DNA of 64,000 bases from Squalus acanthias (GCA_030390025.1 CM059431.1:149236001-149300000); one strand, 5' to 3'; positions 12,558-25,280 are shown, counted from the stretch's first letter. The notes: generated by a model from the sequence alone, not told the origin. Made by a program: numbers and translations.

Positions 12558-13397
12558 TGTAAGATGTGGATCACAGGTTTCACACAGATTACCCAAAGGT
12601 TCATAGGTGTCAAAGGTCGTTTTAATAAGGAGCGGCAGTTCAAATCTAGTTAAAGTAGGGTAGATACAGTAGGCATACATCCGGTCACTTCTGAGAACGC
12701 TTTACTGGCCCCGGAACGGACGGTCGGGCGGACGGACGGACATTGAGGCAGAACAGCGGTCTCGGATCCCTGCAGCCAGCGGCAGCAGTCTCTTCCTCTT
12801 TGGTCATCTCCCAAGGCTGGCGGCGGGGTTAGGCCGTGTCTAGCATGAGATCCACCTCAGAGGAAGTTATTCCCCTCTCTGGCGCCCCGGGGAATCTCTT
12901 CTCCCCTCTGGCTCCCCGGGGAAGCTCTTCCCCTCTCTGCATCCCTGGGGAAGCTCTTCTCCCCTCTGTCTCCCCTCGGGGAAGCTCTTCCCCTCTCTGT
13001 CTCCCCTCGGGGAAGCTGTTCCCCTCTCTGGCTCCCCGGGGAAGCTCTTCCCCTCTCTGTCTGACCAGGGAAGCTCTTCTCCTCTCGATCTCCCCTCGGG
13101 GAAACTCTTCCCCTCTCTGACTCCCCGGGGAAGCTCTTTCCCTCTCTGTCTGCCCTCGGGGAATTTCTTCCCCTCACTGCCTGTTTTTCCCTTTCTGCTG
13201 CCCGCTTATATACCTTATTTCGTTGGGCCGGTGGATACTTCACTTCAATCATGTTTTAGCCATTCAATTGTCCAATTACAGGGGAACGGGCACCAATGAC
13301 AAACCCCGCCTGTCCCCATGATGCTCTGTCAGGCTGTGTCTGATTATCACTCCCATTCTCCATTTGTGTTTCACAGAACACTTCCGATCCCTTTACC
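12558..13397 (-). mobile_element. Solo LTR (~840 bp)
   Basis: Starts tgtaag and ends ctttac(c); flanks gcac/ccac may be a 4-bp TSD with one mismatch. Minus-strand TATATAA at ~13207-13213 and ATTAAA at ~12621-12627. Confidence 0.65.
12860..13175. repeat. ~30-bp tandem array with palindromic core GGGGAAG-CT-CTTCCCC, ~10-11 copies
   Basis: Repeated ccccggggaagctcttcccctctctg read directly from the sequence. Confidence 0.9.
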
Positions 13398-13494
13398 CCA
13401 CTGCACAGCTTCAAGGCTGATTCTAATGGGGAATAGTCAGCACAACCCTTATTCAACAGTTGCCTTTCTGTGAATTAGTAAATACATGCCTGGA

Positions 13495-14260
13495 TCAATC
13501 TCCCTCTGCTGGTGCCTCTCTGTATCAAAGTACTCACTGTCACCTTTATCTATTTCTCTCTGCTGTTGTCTCTCTGTATCACTCACTGTACTCAGTCTCA
13601 CCTTTATCTCTCTCCCTCTGTTGTTCTCTCTCTGTATCACTCACTGTAGTCAGTCTCAACTTTATCTCTCTCCCTCTGTTGTTCTCTCTCTGTATCACAG
13701 CACTCAGTCTCACCTTTATCTATTTCGCTCTGCTGGTGTCTCTCTGTATCACTCACTGTATTCAATCTCAAGTTTATCTATCACCCTCTGTTGTTGTCTC
13801 TCTCTAAATCACTGACTGTAATCAGTCCCACCTTTATCTATCTCTCTCTGCTGGTCTCTCTCTGTATAACAGTACTCAGTCTCACATTTATCGATCTCCC
13901 TCGGCTGGTATCTCTCTGTATCACAGTACTCAGGCTCAAATTTATCTATCTCCCTCTGCTGTTCTCTCTCTATATCACAGCACACTCAGTCTCACCTTCA
14001 TCTCTCTCCCTCTGCTTCTGTCTCTCTGTATCACAGTACACAGTCTCACCTTGATCTATCTCCCTCTGCTGGTGTATCTCTGTATCACAGTACACAGTCT
14101 CGCCTATATCTATCTCCCTCTGTTGGTGTCTCTCTGCATCACAGCTCATTCATTTACACTCCGTTCCCTGCCTCCCTCTGCTGGACTCTCTCGATATCAC
14201 TGCACAATCAGTTGCACACCTCTCCCTGCCTCGCTCTGCTGGTGTCTCTCCATATCACTG
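13495..14260. repeat. CT-rich ~46-51-bp minisatellite
   Basis: Repeated tctatctccctctgctggtgtctctctgtatcacagtac(a/t)cagtctcacctt. Confidence 0.85.
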
Positions 14261-14261
14261 C

Positions 14262-14485
14262 TCCGTCTACACTGTCCCATCAAACACGCCCAGGACAGGT
14301 AAAGCACGGATTAGATACAGAGTAAGTCTCCCGCTACACTGTGGCAAAGTAACACTCCCAGGGCAGGTACAGAACTTGTTCTAATAAAAAGTAGAACTCA
14401 CTCAATACTGTTCTAGCAAACAGGGCAGGTACAGCATGGATTAATATACAGTGTAAAGCTCCCTCTACACTGTCCCATCAAACAA
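14262..14485. repeat. ~65-bp tandem repeat, 3-4 copies
   Basis: Repeated ctacactgtcccatcaaacac...caggtacagcacgg.ttagatacagagtaaagctcc. Confidence 0.8.
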
Positions 14486-14629
14486 TCCATGCCCCCCACG
14501 ACAGGTTTCAATATCCTCCACGCCACCACTGGTTCACTGTGTCTGCTGTATGTAAGGTCTTACAAGTTGACCAAGGTCAGGCCATGAAGATTCAAAGGCC
14601 AGGTCGCAGAATGGTTGGAAGGATGGCAA

Positions 14630-15195
14630 CAAACTGTGTGCAGTTTTCTTCGCCTTATCTGAGGAAGGATGTTCTTGCCATGGAAGGAGTTCAGCGAAGA
14701 TTCACAAGGCTGATACCTGGGATGGCAGGAATGACATATGAGGAGAGATTGGGTCGATTGGGCTTATACTCGCTCGAGTATAGAAGAATGAGAGAGGATT
14801 TCATCGAAATATATAAAATTCTGACAGGTCTGGGCAAACTAGATGCAGTAAGAATGTTCCCGATGGTCGGAGAGTCCAGAACCAGGGGTCATAATCTACG
14901 GATAGCGGGTAAACCATTTAGGACAGAAATGAGGAATAATTTCTTCACCCAGAGAGTGGTGAACCTGTGGAATTCTCTACCACAGAAGGTAGTTGAGGCC
15001 AAGTCATTAAATATATTCAAGAATGTGTTAGATATGTTTCTTAAAGCTAAAGGTAACTAGGGATATTGGGAGAAGGCAGTTACAGCGTACTGAGTTTGGA
15101 TGATCAGCCATGATCTCATCGAATGGTGGAGCATGCTCGATGGGCCGACTGGCCTACTCCTGCTCCTATCTTCTATGTTTATAAGTTTCTATGTT
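14630..15195 (+). mobile_element. CR1 LINE 3' fragment
   Basis: CVQFSSPYLRKDVLAMEGVQRRFTRLIPG...FFTQRVVNLWNSLP; tail ttctatgtttataagtttctatgtt. Confidence 0.9.
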
Positions 15196-15295
15196 AACTC
15201 CAACCCTCTGATTTCAGTTTTGCAACCCTATTTCCATCCATTATGCTGCCTGGCCCTTCACTCCACAGGGCCTGAATACGGTCATCTTGTTGATT

Positions 15296-17835
15296 GAATA
15301 GACTATTATGGAAAGCAAGCTGGTTACATAACAGAAAACGGAGAGTCGCTACGCAGGCCTGACAAAAGGTGGCAAGTGGTGTTCCACAAGGACCGGTGCT
15401 GGGACAACTGCTGTTCACAATTTAGATAAAGGATTTCGACTCGGGATTCAAAAGTTCAATTTCAAGGTTTGTCAATGACACCAAATTGGGAGGTATAGTT
15501 TATACTGAGGAAGATCATGTTAAAATGCAATAAGACATGAATGAACTTGCAGAATGGGAGTCTTATTGGACAATGAAATTCACCATAGATAAGTGTGAGT
15601 TGGTTCATTTTGGTAGGAAGAATAAGGAGGCCACACACTGCTTGGATAATAAGAGACTAAATGGGATGGAGGAGCAAAGGAATGTACTGGTACAGATACA
15701 CAAATCACTAAAAGTAGCAATGCAGGTTAATAAGGTCATTAAAAAGCAAAGAATGTTCTGAGGTTAATTTATACAGAGAAATAATTGAAAAGCAGAGAAG
15801 TTATGTTTAACTTGTATAAACCCCTGGTTAGAACACACTTGGAGCATTGTTTACAGCTCTGCTCTCGATATGATTAAAATAATCATAGAAAGTACAGCAG
15901 AGAAGTAGGCCATTCAGCCCATCTTCTCCGTGCTGACCGACAAAGTGCTAGCCACCCTAATCTCACTTTTCAGCATTTGTTCCGTAGCATTGTATGTTAT
16001 GGCCCTTCAACTGCATATCCAAGTACTTTCTGAAGACGATAAGTGTCTCTTCCTCTACCAGCCTTTCAGCCAGTGAGTTCCCGACACTCACCACCCTCTG
16101 GGTGAAGAAAATTGTCCTCAAATCCCCATTAAACGTCGTACCAATTATTTTAAATCTATGCCCACTGGTTGCTGACCCTTCTGCTAAGGAAATAGGTAAT
16201 TCCTATACAGTTTATCATAGAATAATAGAATCATAGAAAGTTACAGCATGGAAGGAGGCCATTTCGGCCAATCATGTCCGCGCCGGCCATCAAAGAGCAA
16301 TACAGCCTAATCCCACTTCCCAGCTCTTGGTCCGTAGCCCTGAAGATTAGAGCTTCCCAAGTGCATATCAAAGTTAATTTTAATGGTGCTTAGTATTCTT
16401 GCCTCTACCACCCTTTCGGACAATTAGTTCCAGACCACCACAACCCTCTGAGTGAAAAAATTCCCCTCAAATCCCCTCTTAAGCTACTCCAATTATTTTA
16501 AATCTGTGACCACTGGTTTTTGACTTCTCTGCTAAGGCACCTCTTAATTTTGTACACCTAAATTAGGTCTCCCCTCAGCCTCCTATATTCCCTGTGATAT
16601 AGAGGCACTGGAGAAGGAGGGAGAAATATTTGCAAGGATGATCCTAGTACTGAGTGGATATACATATCAGGAAAGGCTGAACAGGCTGGGGCTCTTTTCC
16701 CAGGAAAAAAGAGAAGACTGATGGTTTACGATTATGATAAGGTTCTAAAGGTGGTCGTGAAGAAATTGTTTCCACTTGTAGGTGTCTAAAACTAGAGGTG
16801 ATCAATGTAAAATAGTCAATAATAAATCCAGTAGGGAATTCAGGAGAAACATCTTTACTCAGAGAGTGGTGAGAATGTTGAACTCGCTGCCACAGGGAGT
16901 TGTTGAGGGGAATAGTATAGATGCATTTCTCCTTGTACCCGAATCAGTGAAAGTTAACATGCAGGTACAGTTAGCAATTAGGAAATCAGATGCTATGTTG
17001 GCCTTTATTACAAGGGGATTTGTGTGTAAGAGCAAATACGTCTTACGGCAATTATATATGGCCCTGGTGAGACCACACCTGGAGTATTGTGTACGGTTTT
17101 AGTCTCATTACCTAAGGAATGATATACTTGCCACAGAGGGATGGCAACGATGGTTCACCAGACTGGTTCCTGGGATGCGGGGTGGGTGGGGGTTGTCCCA
17201 TGAGGACAGATTGGGCAGAATAGTCCTATATTCTCAGGAGTTTAGGAGAATGAGAGGTGATCTCATTGAAACATACAACATTCATACAGGGCTTGAGAGG
17301 GTAGATGCAAGGAGGATGTTTCCCTGGCTGGGGAGTCTAGAATCAGGGGTCACAGTCTCAGAATAAGGGTTCGGCCATTTAGGACTGAGGTGAGGAAACA
17401 TTTCTTCTCCAAGAGGTTGGTGAATCTTTAGAATTTTCTACCCCAGAGGGATGAGGAGGCTCATTTGTTGCGTATATTCATGACAAAGATCGATAGATAT
17501 TTGAATATTAAGGGAATCAAGTGATATGGAGATAGTGCAGGAAAGTGAAGATGTGGTGGAAGATCAAACCACGATCTTATTGAATGGCGGAGCAGGTTCG
17601 AAGGGCCAAATTACCTATTCCTGCTCAAATTTCAGAGGTTCGTATGTTATTAAGGAGAAGCTGGGTAAACACATGAGGGAGAAATAATAGAAGGTTATAC
17701 TAATAGGGTTAGATGAATAGGGTGGGTGGAGTCTTGCGTGGAGCATAAACACCGGCAGAGACCAGTTGGGCCGAATGGTTTCTTCCTGTGCTGTAGACTG
17801 GATGTTATTCTATTTAACTCTATGCAACTATGTAT
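15296..17835 (+). mobile_element. CR1 LINE 3' portion interrupted by nested CR1 fragments (minus ~15880-16590; plus ~16929-17650)
   Basis: Host RT sequence stops at ~15878 and resumes at ~16595 (gatatagaggcactggag). It stops again at gatgcattt (16928) and resumes at taaggagaagctg (17651). The inserts have their own tails. Confidence 0.8.
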
Positions 17836-18360
17836 TCTAACTCCTGAGGCAGCTGGAAATGCTTTTGCTATTACTACCACAATGATGCACCATTTTCATT
17901 TCCAAAGATTTCTTAGCTTCTCCAATGGCTACTCTTGTCTCCCTTAATTGTAGGTGATATTTGTCGCTATTCTCCTGTAAACTGAATCCATCTTGATCTG
18001 AACTGGTTTCAATGTAGGTTAGTTCGGGGGGTCAGGAATCATTCACTCCTAGAACTACACTGGCAGGTAAAACCACAGACGGTTCCTTGGTAAGGATTCC
18101 TCTCGTTCCTCGCCATATATTTGTCAGGCTACCGAACCCCAGATTTCTTACAGTCTACTCTTGGGTGCCCCAATCCCTGAGCCTACAACTTTCAGCACGG
18201 TCATGTTCTACAGCGGGAGTGATGCCAGAGTAACTGTCGGGATGGCACTCCCGTGGATATTCCGGGTCGTGTGTTTTTAGTTACCTTTGTGTCTAAAACG
18301 CAAATATCAATAAAGCAGGGAATTCCTGGAAACACGCTGCTGATCCTTCTTCATCTGGAG
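17836..18360 (-). mobile_element. Interspersed repeat ending in CR1-ORF2-like sequence; inverted diverged copy at ~26180-26710
   Basis: ctcctgtaaactgaatccatcttgatctgaactggtttc (17972) is the reverse complement of 26534-26570. The minus strand translates ...LRETRVAIGEAKKSLEMKM. Confidence 0.65.
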
Positions 18361-19138
18361 ATCAAATGCCTTTTCTATAATTGTACCAGCAGTAAACAGG
18401 CACCTGTGAATTCTTCCCACTGCTATGCTAATGCAGACTTTTAGCAAATTGAAATGAGTTTATTTTAAATGAGCTAACACCTGCCTTAAAATGGTAGACC
18501 CAGGACTGTTACACAAACACATTAAATCTTAATGGAATATTTACCACAGTCATTTTTAGACTGGAAACTGAAACCTGCCGTTTCACTTTGAGTCAGGAAC
18601 AGATCGCAGTTTTACATCAATCTCTGAATTGACAGCACGTGTCCAGCATTCACCGTTGTTCTTCCTGACTCTAAACACAGCTGTAAAGATGTCTTCTGTT
18701 CCGTGCCTAGTAGCTCTGAAACATGGAAAAGAGCGTCTGGGACACATTTATTACACAACTCAAGATTAAACCGCATGGGGATTTTGCTGTCAGTGAAGAG
18801 AGACGAGAAAGACCAAAGTGCCGTTTGCCACTCGCAGTGTGGCCTTGAAGATATGTGTCCAAACTGAAATCCTGTTCCGCCGTGCGATCCTCCTCCCAGA
18901 TTGTCCTTTCTGAGCTGCAGCCAGGTGATGCTAAACACTTAGGTGGGAAAGACGAAAATCTACAACGAAGTGTTTAAAACAAACAGATTTATTTGAAATT
19001 TATACAGAATATTAAACTCCTGCCCAGTTACAGGAGTTACCAAAATCAGCCGAAACAAACCCCAACTGTCAAAGTGAACATTGTTCGGTCTTGGATGTGA
19101 GTAACAGCAGCAATAATAGCATAATTCAACCTCTGATG

Positions 19139-20006
19139 TCACTTGTGTACTCGCTGTTGTGTTAGCTGGCTGGATGTAGAAACTAACACCTTCCCACACT
19201 CAGAGCAGCTGAACAGCCTCTCCCCAGTGTGACCTCGCTTGTGTCTCATCAGGGTGGATGACTTAGTGAAACCCTTTCTGCACACGAGCAGGTGAATCGC
19301 CGCTCTGCAGTGTGAACCCGCTAATGTGTCATCAGGGTGGGTGATTAAGTGAATCTATTCCCACACACGGAGCAGCTGAACGGCCTCTCTCCAGTGTGAA
19401 CTCGCTGCTGTGTCAGCAGGGTGGATGACTATGTGAATCCATTACCACACACGGAGCAGCTGAACGGCCTCTCCCCAGTGTGAACTCGCTGGTGTCTCAG
19501 CAAGGTGGATGACTGAGTGAATCCCTTTCTGCACACGAGCAGGTGAATCGCCGCTCTCCAGTGTGAACCCGCTAATGTGTCATCAGGGTGGGTGAATAAG
19601 TGAATCTATTCCCACACACGGAGCAGCTGAACGGCCTCTCTCCAGTGTGAACTCGCTGCTGTGTCAGCAGGGTGGATGACTATGTGAATCCATTACCACA
19701 CACGGAGCAGGTGAACGGCATCTCCCCATTGTGCACCGGCTGGTGTGTCAGCAGGGTGGGAGACTGAGTGAATCCCTTCCCACACACGCAGCAGGTGAAC
19801 GGCCTCTCACCAGTGTGAGCTCGCTGCTGTGTCAGCAGGGTGGATGACTGAGTGACTCCATTCCCACACACGGAGCAGGTGAACGGACTCTCCCCAGTGT
19901 GACTGCACTTGTGTCTCGACAGGTCAGTAGGTCGGCTGAATCCTCGTCCACACACAAAACACGTGCACGGTTTCTGCACACTGAGAACGGTGATTTTTGC
20001 TTCCAT
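19139..20006 (-). pseudogene. Tandem C2H2 zinc-finger pseudogene (~10 fingers, no KRAB seen)
   Basis: 84-bp periodic CxxC...HxxxH with HTGERPF linkers. In-frame TAG at 19680, further stops and 1-bp deletions, several His-to-Gln changes. Minus-strand AATAAA at 18988-18993. Confidence 0.92.
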
Positions 20007-20174
20007 ATTGAATGGCTGGTGATATTCAGGGCCCGATGAATCGAGTGACTCTCTCAGATCTTGACCTGATGTTTAGGTTGAGCTTCCCGTTTTTAATCTT
20101 CCCCCTTGAACACCTTGTAAAATTAAATTTAAACAGGAAAAAGGTGCGTGAGAGTGAACCCTCAGAAGCACAAA

Positions 20175-20335
20175 GGCAGGTTGTGAAATTGAGCTTAATG
20201 AATCTGGAATGTGTGGCGTCGACACTAGAAAAAATGACCATGAAAGCTGCCGATTTTCATAAAACCCAACTGGTTCACTAAAGTCCTTCAGGGAAGGGAA
20301 ACCGTCATCCGGTCAGGGCCTACACATGAATCTGG
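20175..20335 (+). mobile_element. tRNA-derived SINE body fragment
   Basis: tgaccatgaaagctgccgatt...ctggttcactaaagtccttcagggaagg; same family as 46130-46247 and 57444-57640. Confidence 0.65.
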
Positions 20336-20409
20336 CCTCTATGGGAGCAGAGAGAGAGAGGTGAGAGTGGGCGAAGTAGAGGGACATTGTACATTTGCAA
20401 CTTGACCAG

Positions 20410-20720
20410 AAATTTTAACAGCAACTCCCAAACCAGCGACCTCCACCAACTAGGACAATGGCGCCAGGCGCATGGGAATACCATCACATCCAAGCTCCCG
20501 TCCAAGTCACACACCATCCTGAATCAGAAGTATATCACTGTTCCTTCATCGTCGCTGCGTCAAAATCCTGGAACTTCCTGCCTAACAGCACTATGGGAGC
20601 ATCTACACCACACAGAATGCAGCGGTTCAAGTAGGTGGCACACCACCTCCTTTTTAAGGGCAATTAGGGATGGGCAATAAATGCTGGCCTTGGCAGCGAT
20701 GCCCACATCGCAAGAAATAA
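20410..20720 (+). mobile_element. LINE 3' end (CR1/L2-group-like)
   Basis: ttccttcatcgtcgctgcgtcaaaatcctgg...agggcaattagggatgggcaataaatgctggcc; second copy at 57640-57830. Confidence 0.65.
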
Positions 20721-21079
20721 TTTTATACACTTGTACATTTAAAATTGATTAAAACCCTCTACATAATTAATTCGTCCTAAAACAATAACCTCTTAGAGTG
20801 TACAGACAGTGTCTGTTTAGCAACCTAATCTCCACAAGAATCTATTTCCTTTGACACTCTCGGATCGGAAATTGTTGGGCCACACTGGCCTCAAAGGTAC
20901 CCGGAATTAAACCCAGCAGCTTCTCACCCATCTCGACTTCAGCTCAAACTGATGCAACAAAAAAGACGTTCACGGGAGGCCAGGGACCGAATTCTGCATC
21001 CAACGCCCACCCTGGTGCAAACCGGCACTTATTGGTCCGCCTGTGATTCCAGACTCGGTTCTGCGAGCGACGCCTGCAA

Positions 21080-21240
21080 TACAAACAAAGCAAAATACTC
21101 CAGAGGCTGGAAACCTGAAATAAAGAGAGAAAAGTGCTGCAAATGCTGAGCAGCTCATGCAGTATCTGTGGGCTGGTGGCTGCGGGGCGGGGGGAGGGGG
21201 TGCGGGTGGGCGGTGAGAGAGAGAGAAACAGAGTTAACGG
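21080..21240 (-). mobile_element. Penelope-like terminal fragment
   Basis: gcaaaatact...ctggaaacctgaaataaa...gagagaaacagagttaacg resembles 32660-32790 and the reverse complement of 34090-34160. Confidence 0.6.
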
Positions 21241-21344
21241 CCTGAATTTCAATACTTTGGTAGGTTGGGGGCAAGGGGGGAGTGTCGCTGGCAAACGGGC
21301 GGGAAACCAGGGAGAACGGGTTTCACACAGGCCCTGCCTCATTT

Positions 21345-21730
21345 AACGTCGCCTGTGATTCTTTTGCCAATCTCCTTAAAGCTGGGTCCTCCGGATACAG
21401 ACCCTTCTGCCAGAGGAAACAGTTTATCTTTGTTTACTAATCTATTAAATCTCCTCTTAAACTTCTCTGATCTATGGAGAACTACCCCAGCTTAACAACA
21501 TAAGAAGTAGGAGCAAGAGTAGGCCATACATCCCCTCGAGCCTGCACCGCTAATCAATAAGCTTCTTCAGTTTATCCACACAACCAAAGTCTCCCATCCC
21601 TGGTACCATTCCAGTAAATCTGCTCTGCAACCTCTCTAAGGCATTGACATCCTTCCTAAAGTGTGGCGCCCAGAATTAAACACATTTCTCCAGCTAAGGA
21701 TTAACCAGTGTTTTATAAAGATTTAGCACG
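21345..21730 (-). mobile_element. CR1 fragments with a short nested tail
   Basis: Reverse-complement RT C-terminal sequence; aacataagaagtaggagca tail at ~21497. Confidence 0.7.
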
Positions 21731-22314
21731 ACACTACAGCAAATAATGCTAGTTCTGTGATGGATTTAGAAGGGCGAGGTTAATCCAGCCAGTTGGATGT
21801 GTGAATGAGACCGTGAGCTGAAAGAAGCGCACTTGGAGTGGAGAGCATCGATCACGCAGTGTAACCGGTCGCAAACAGTCCTGCACAGCCCCAGATATCA
21901 CTTGTTTCCCACTTGGCACAAAAAACGTATATTAAATGGTTCAGTTTATGAATTGAATCATGCTTCTCGAATTGTATTTCCCAGCTCAGATTCAAGGCCT
22001 CGTTTCTTTTCTTCTTCTGAGCCCCATGACCTCATCTGGCAGCGTAATGTTGGCGAGTGGTGATCGATTCCTCTGGAAACCAACAGGAAGAGAGCTCAGA
22101 TGCCGTAGGGCCAAGGAAGCAGCCTTTTCTGCAACCAATCGCGGTGCTTGAGTCGGACAGTCAGCTGAGTCAGTGTGAACCCCTGTTAAACTATTTATCG
22201 TTTAAAAGTTACAGCGAGACTTCTTATGTGAAGGAAACAGTTTAACAGTTGTTTGTATTTTGTTTTCCTGCAGTTCCTTTTATGAGTTTCAGTCACTTCA
22301 GTGCCAAGTGGACC

Positions 22315-24835
22315 ATAGAATCATAGAATGGTTACAGCATAGAAGGAGGCCATTCGGCCCGTCGATCCCGTGCCAGCTCTTTGCAAGGGCACTTCAGCTA
22401 GTCCCACTCCCCCGCCGTTTCTCCCTAATCCTACATTTGTTTTCCTTCAGGTGCTTATCCAATTCCCATTTGAAAGCCACGATTGAGTCTATCTCCACCT
22501 CCGTTTCAGGCAGTGCATTACAGATAATAACCACTCGCTGCGTAAAAATGTTTTTCTTCATGTCGCCTATGGTTCTTTTGCCAATCACCTCAAATCTGTG
22601 TCCTCTGGCTCTCGACCCATCCGCCAATGGGAACAGTTTCTCTCTATCTACTCTCTCCAGACACCTCATGATTTTGAAAACATCTATCAAATCTCCTCTC
22701 AAGCTTCTCTGTTCTAAGGTGAATCACCCCAGCTTCTCTAGTCTATCCACGTAACTGAAGTCCCTCATCCCTGGAAACATTCTCGTAAATATTTTCTGCA
22801 CCCTCTCTGAGACCTCCACATCCTTCTTAAAGTTCGGTGTCCAGAATTGGAAACAATACTCCATTTGAGGCCGAACCAGTGCTTAACAAAGGTTCATCAT
22901 AACTTCTTTGCTTTTGTATTCTATGCCTCTATTTATGAAGTCCAGGATCCCATATGCTTTTTTTTTACCGCTTTCTCAACCTGCCCTGCCACTTTCAACG
23001 ATTTGTGCACATATAGCCCCAGGTCTCCCTGCTCATGCACCCCCTCTGGAATGGTACCCTTTAGTTCATATTGCCTCTCCTCGTTCTTCCTACCTAAATG
23101 TATCAATTCGCACTTTTCTGCGTTAAATTTAATCTGCCACGTGTCTGTCCATTCCACCAGCCTGTCTATATCTTGTTGACGTCTATCACTGTCCTCTACA
23201 CTGTTCACTATTTTTCCAAGTATTTTGTCAACTGCAAGTTTTGAAATTGTGCCCTGTATTCCCAAGTCCAATTCATTAATATTTTATCTAGAAAAACAGT
23301 GATCCGAGTACCAACCCTGGGGAACATCACTGGATACCTTCCTCCAGCCCGAAAATCAACCGCTCATCACTACTCTCTGCCTCTTATCACTTAGCCAATT
23401 TCGTATCCATGCTGCCACTGTTCCTTTTATTCCCCGGGCTTCAACTTCGCTGGCAATCCTATTATGTGGCACTTTATCAAACGCCTTTTGGAAATCCATA
23501 CACACCATATCAACCGCATTGGCCTTATCAACCCTCTATGTTACCTTATGTAAGGGTTTTTTGTCTCGGGCTTATTTGTAGGCCAGCCAGTTATGTTTAT
23601 GTATTGCCCGTTGTGCGGTTGCGAATCAGTATCCCCTTCCTAGTTCTGAGCCCAGGACTTATCGAGCGGCGATAAGGACAAACAAACAGACCCGTGGATT
23701 GTTGCGAGGAAAACCAATGTTTATTTAAAAGAGATGAAACATAACATGCTAATCTTAACTTCGGTATAAACGAGGGAAATGACAGTAGAGTCAGTACCTC
23801 ACCCCTCCCAACCCCACTTTACTAGCTAAGTTAGACTCTTGAGGACCAGGGATAATGCTCACCAAACGCATCCTTTATCCGTTGAGATGTGGTTTAATGT
23901 CCTTTAAGTAAAAAGTTTCATAAGGCCCTTGTGCCTCGACGTGTTTGATGGTCATTGGAACCGTTGCTCTGGTTTCTTGCGTGTCGGTCTGTTTCTGGAG
24001 CCGCTGGCTTTCTTCGTTGAACGGTCTTGTTTTCTGTTGAAATGTGTACTGGAGAACTCCTGTGCTTCAGCTGTCCTGCTTGTGTCCTGTCTGTGTGGCT
24101 TGAACAGCTTGTTTTAAACTAACAGCCTACAAAACTGCCCGTCTCGTCACTGTGGAACTCTCCGTAGCACTCCTCTCTGGAGAACTCCCTTCTGTAGAAC
24201 TCCCCTCTGTAGCACTCCTCTCATGAGAACTCTCTCTGTAGAACTCTGGCTTGTTCCAGCACAGGTCTCAAGTTATACTCTTCGATTGTTCCTTATTTGC
24301 CCGCCAAATCTTCCCACTGCTTTTTTTAAATTCTGCTGGGCTCGTTAAGGTCGCTAACTTTAATGGCAGGAAATGGCCTTTAACGATATTAAATATGTGT
24401 TAAGTGGAGGATGATTGCTGCTCTGATGGTTGTTTATTTGTGTTGCCTTTACTTCTTGTATAAATGCTAAACAGTTTGATGGGGCTGGAGACAGGTCGAT
24501 CACCTATAATATACAATATTGTTTGTAGAGGCCAGGCCCGCCTCCTTTGGCAGCCTGTGCTGAGATCTGCCCGGGCATGTCACCTGGCCTGCTGTTTTTG
24601 CAGGGCCCTGGTTTCTGTTCAATGTCGCAGGCTTCTGCCATGAGGTATAGAAGCCACTTTGTCTCGGGTACCCCTTATCAATAACTCTGGGGAATGTGGG
24701 AATTTGGAGAACCATACACTCATCAAAAAACTCAATCAAGTTAGTTAAACACGATTTGCCTTTAACAAATCAGTTCTGGGTTTCTTTCATTAATCCACGC
24801 TTGTCCAAGTGACTCTTCTTTTTGTCATGGATAAT
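22315..24835 (-). mobile_element. CR1 LINE 3' half, interrupted by a solo LTR
   Basis: Tail catagaatcatagaat at 22314; MRGDLIDVFKIM, WQIKFNAEKCE. Host resumes after the LTR with ctcatcaaaaaactcaatc. Confidence 0.9.
23549..24718 (-). mobile_element. Solo LTR, 1170 bp, TG...CA with 4-bp TSD
   Basis: tgtaaggg...accataca flanked by ctta (23545-23548) and ctca (24719-24722); removing it restores the host CR1. Minus-strand AATAAA at ~23720-23725. Internal ~16-bp repeats at 24150-24250. Strand is tentative. Confidence 0.85.
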
Positions 24836-25029
24836 CGAGCAGTTGATTAAAGGTCATTCATTTCTCTCTTTGCATGTCGCTGTTAGTTAAAGTTACACAG
24901 ATTGATTTCCCCTCATTTTGCATCTATTTGTAATATTGAGAGGGATAATGTCTCCCCTTTCTGCATCTTTAGGAGTTAAAGCAAAATCCTTCCTGTTAGT
25001 AGTGAGTCACATTTTTTACAGGAAGAGAC

Positions 25030-25280
25030 GTCTGTTGGATTCATTCTTTACAATTCTCATCCTCTGTGTTCAAATCCCTTTATGGTCTCGTCTCTCCCTA
25101 TCTCTGTAACCTCCTCCAGTCCTACAGTCCTCTTAATAAAGAAAAACTGTTTCCAGTGACAGAAGGGTCGGTAACGAGCCGTGTAGGACTTAAGATAATT
25201 GGTGAAAGAACCGGAGGTGACAAGAGGGGAAAATGTTTACTCATCGTGCTGTTATGTCCTGGAATGCACTTCCTGAAATG
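25030..25280 (+). mobile_element. L2-like fragment followed by a CR1 fragment
   Basis: ILILCVQIP / SPYLCNLLQ (L2 C-terminus), then KEKLFPVTEGSVT (CR1). Confidence 0.6.

Noticed and set aside
12860..13175. NF-kB or heat-shock element array
   Set aside because: The core does not fit GGGRNNYYCC or nGAAnnTTCn spacing.
13460..14302. Hydrophobic membrane-protein-like ORFs
   Set aside because: They are translations of a CT-rich minisatellite.
21730..22310. Unassigned non-repetitive stretch as exon or ncRNA
   Set aside because: No recognisable motif, convincing ORF or structure found by eye.
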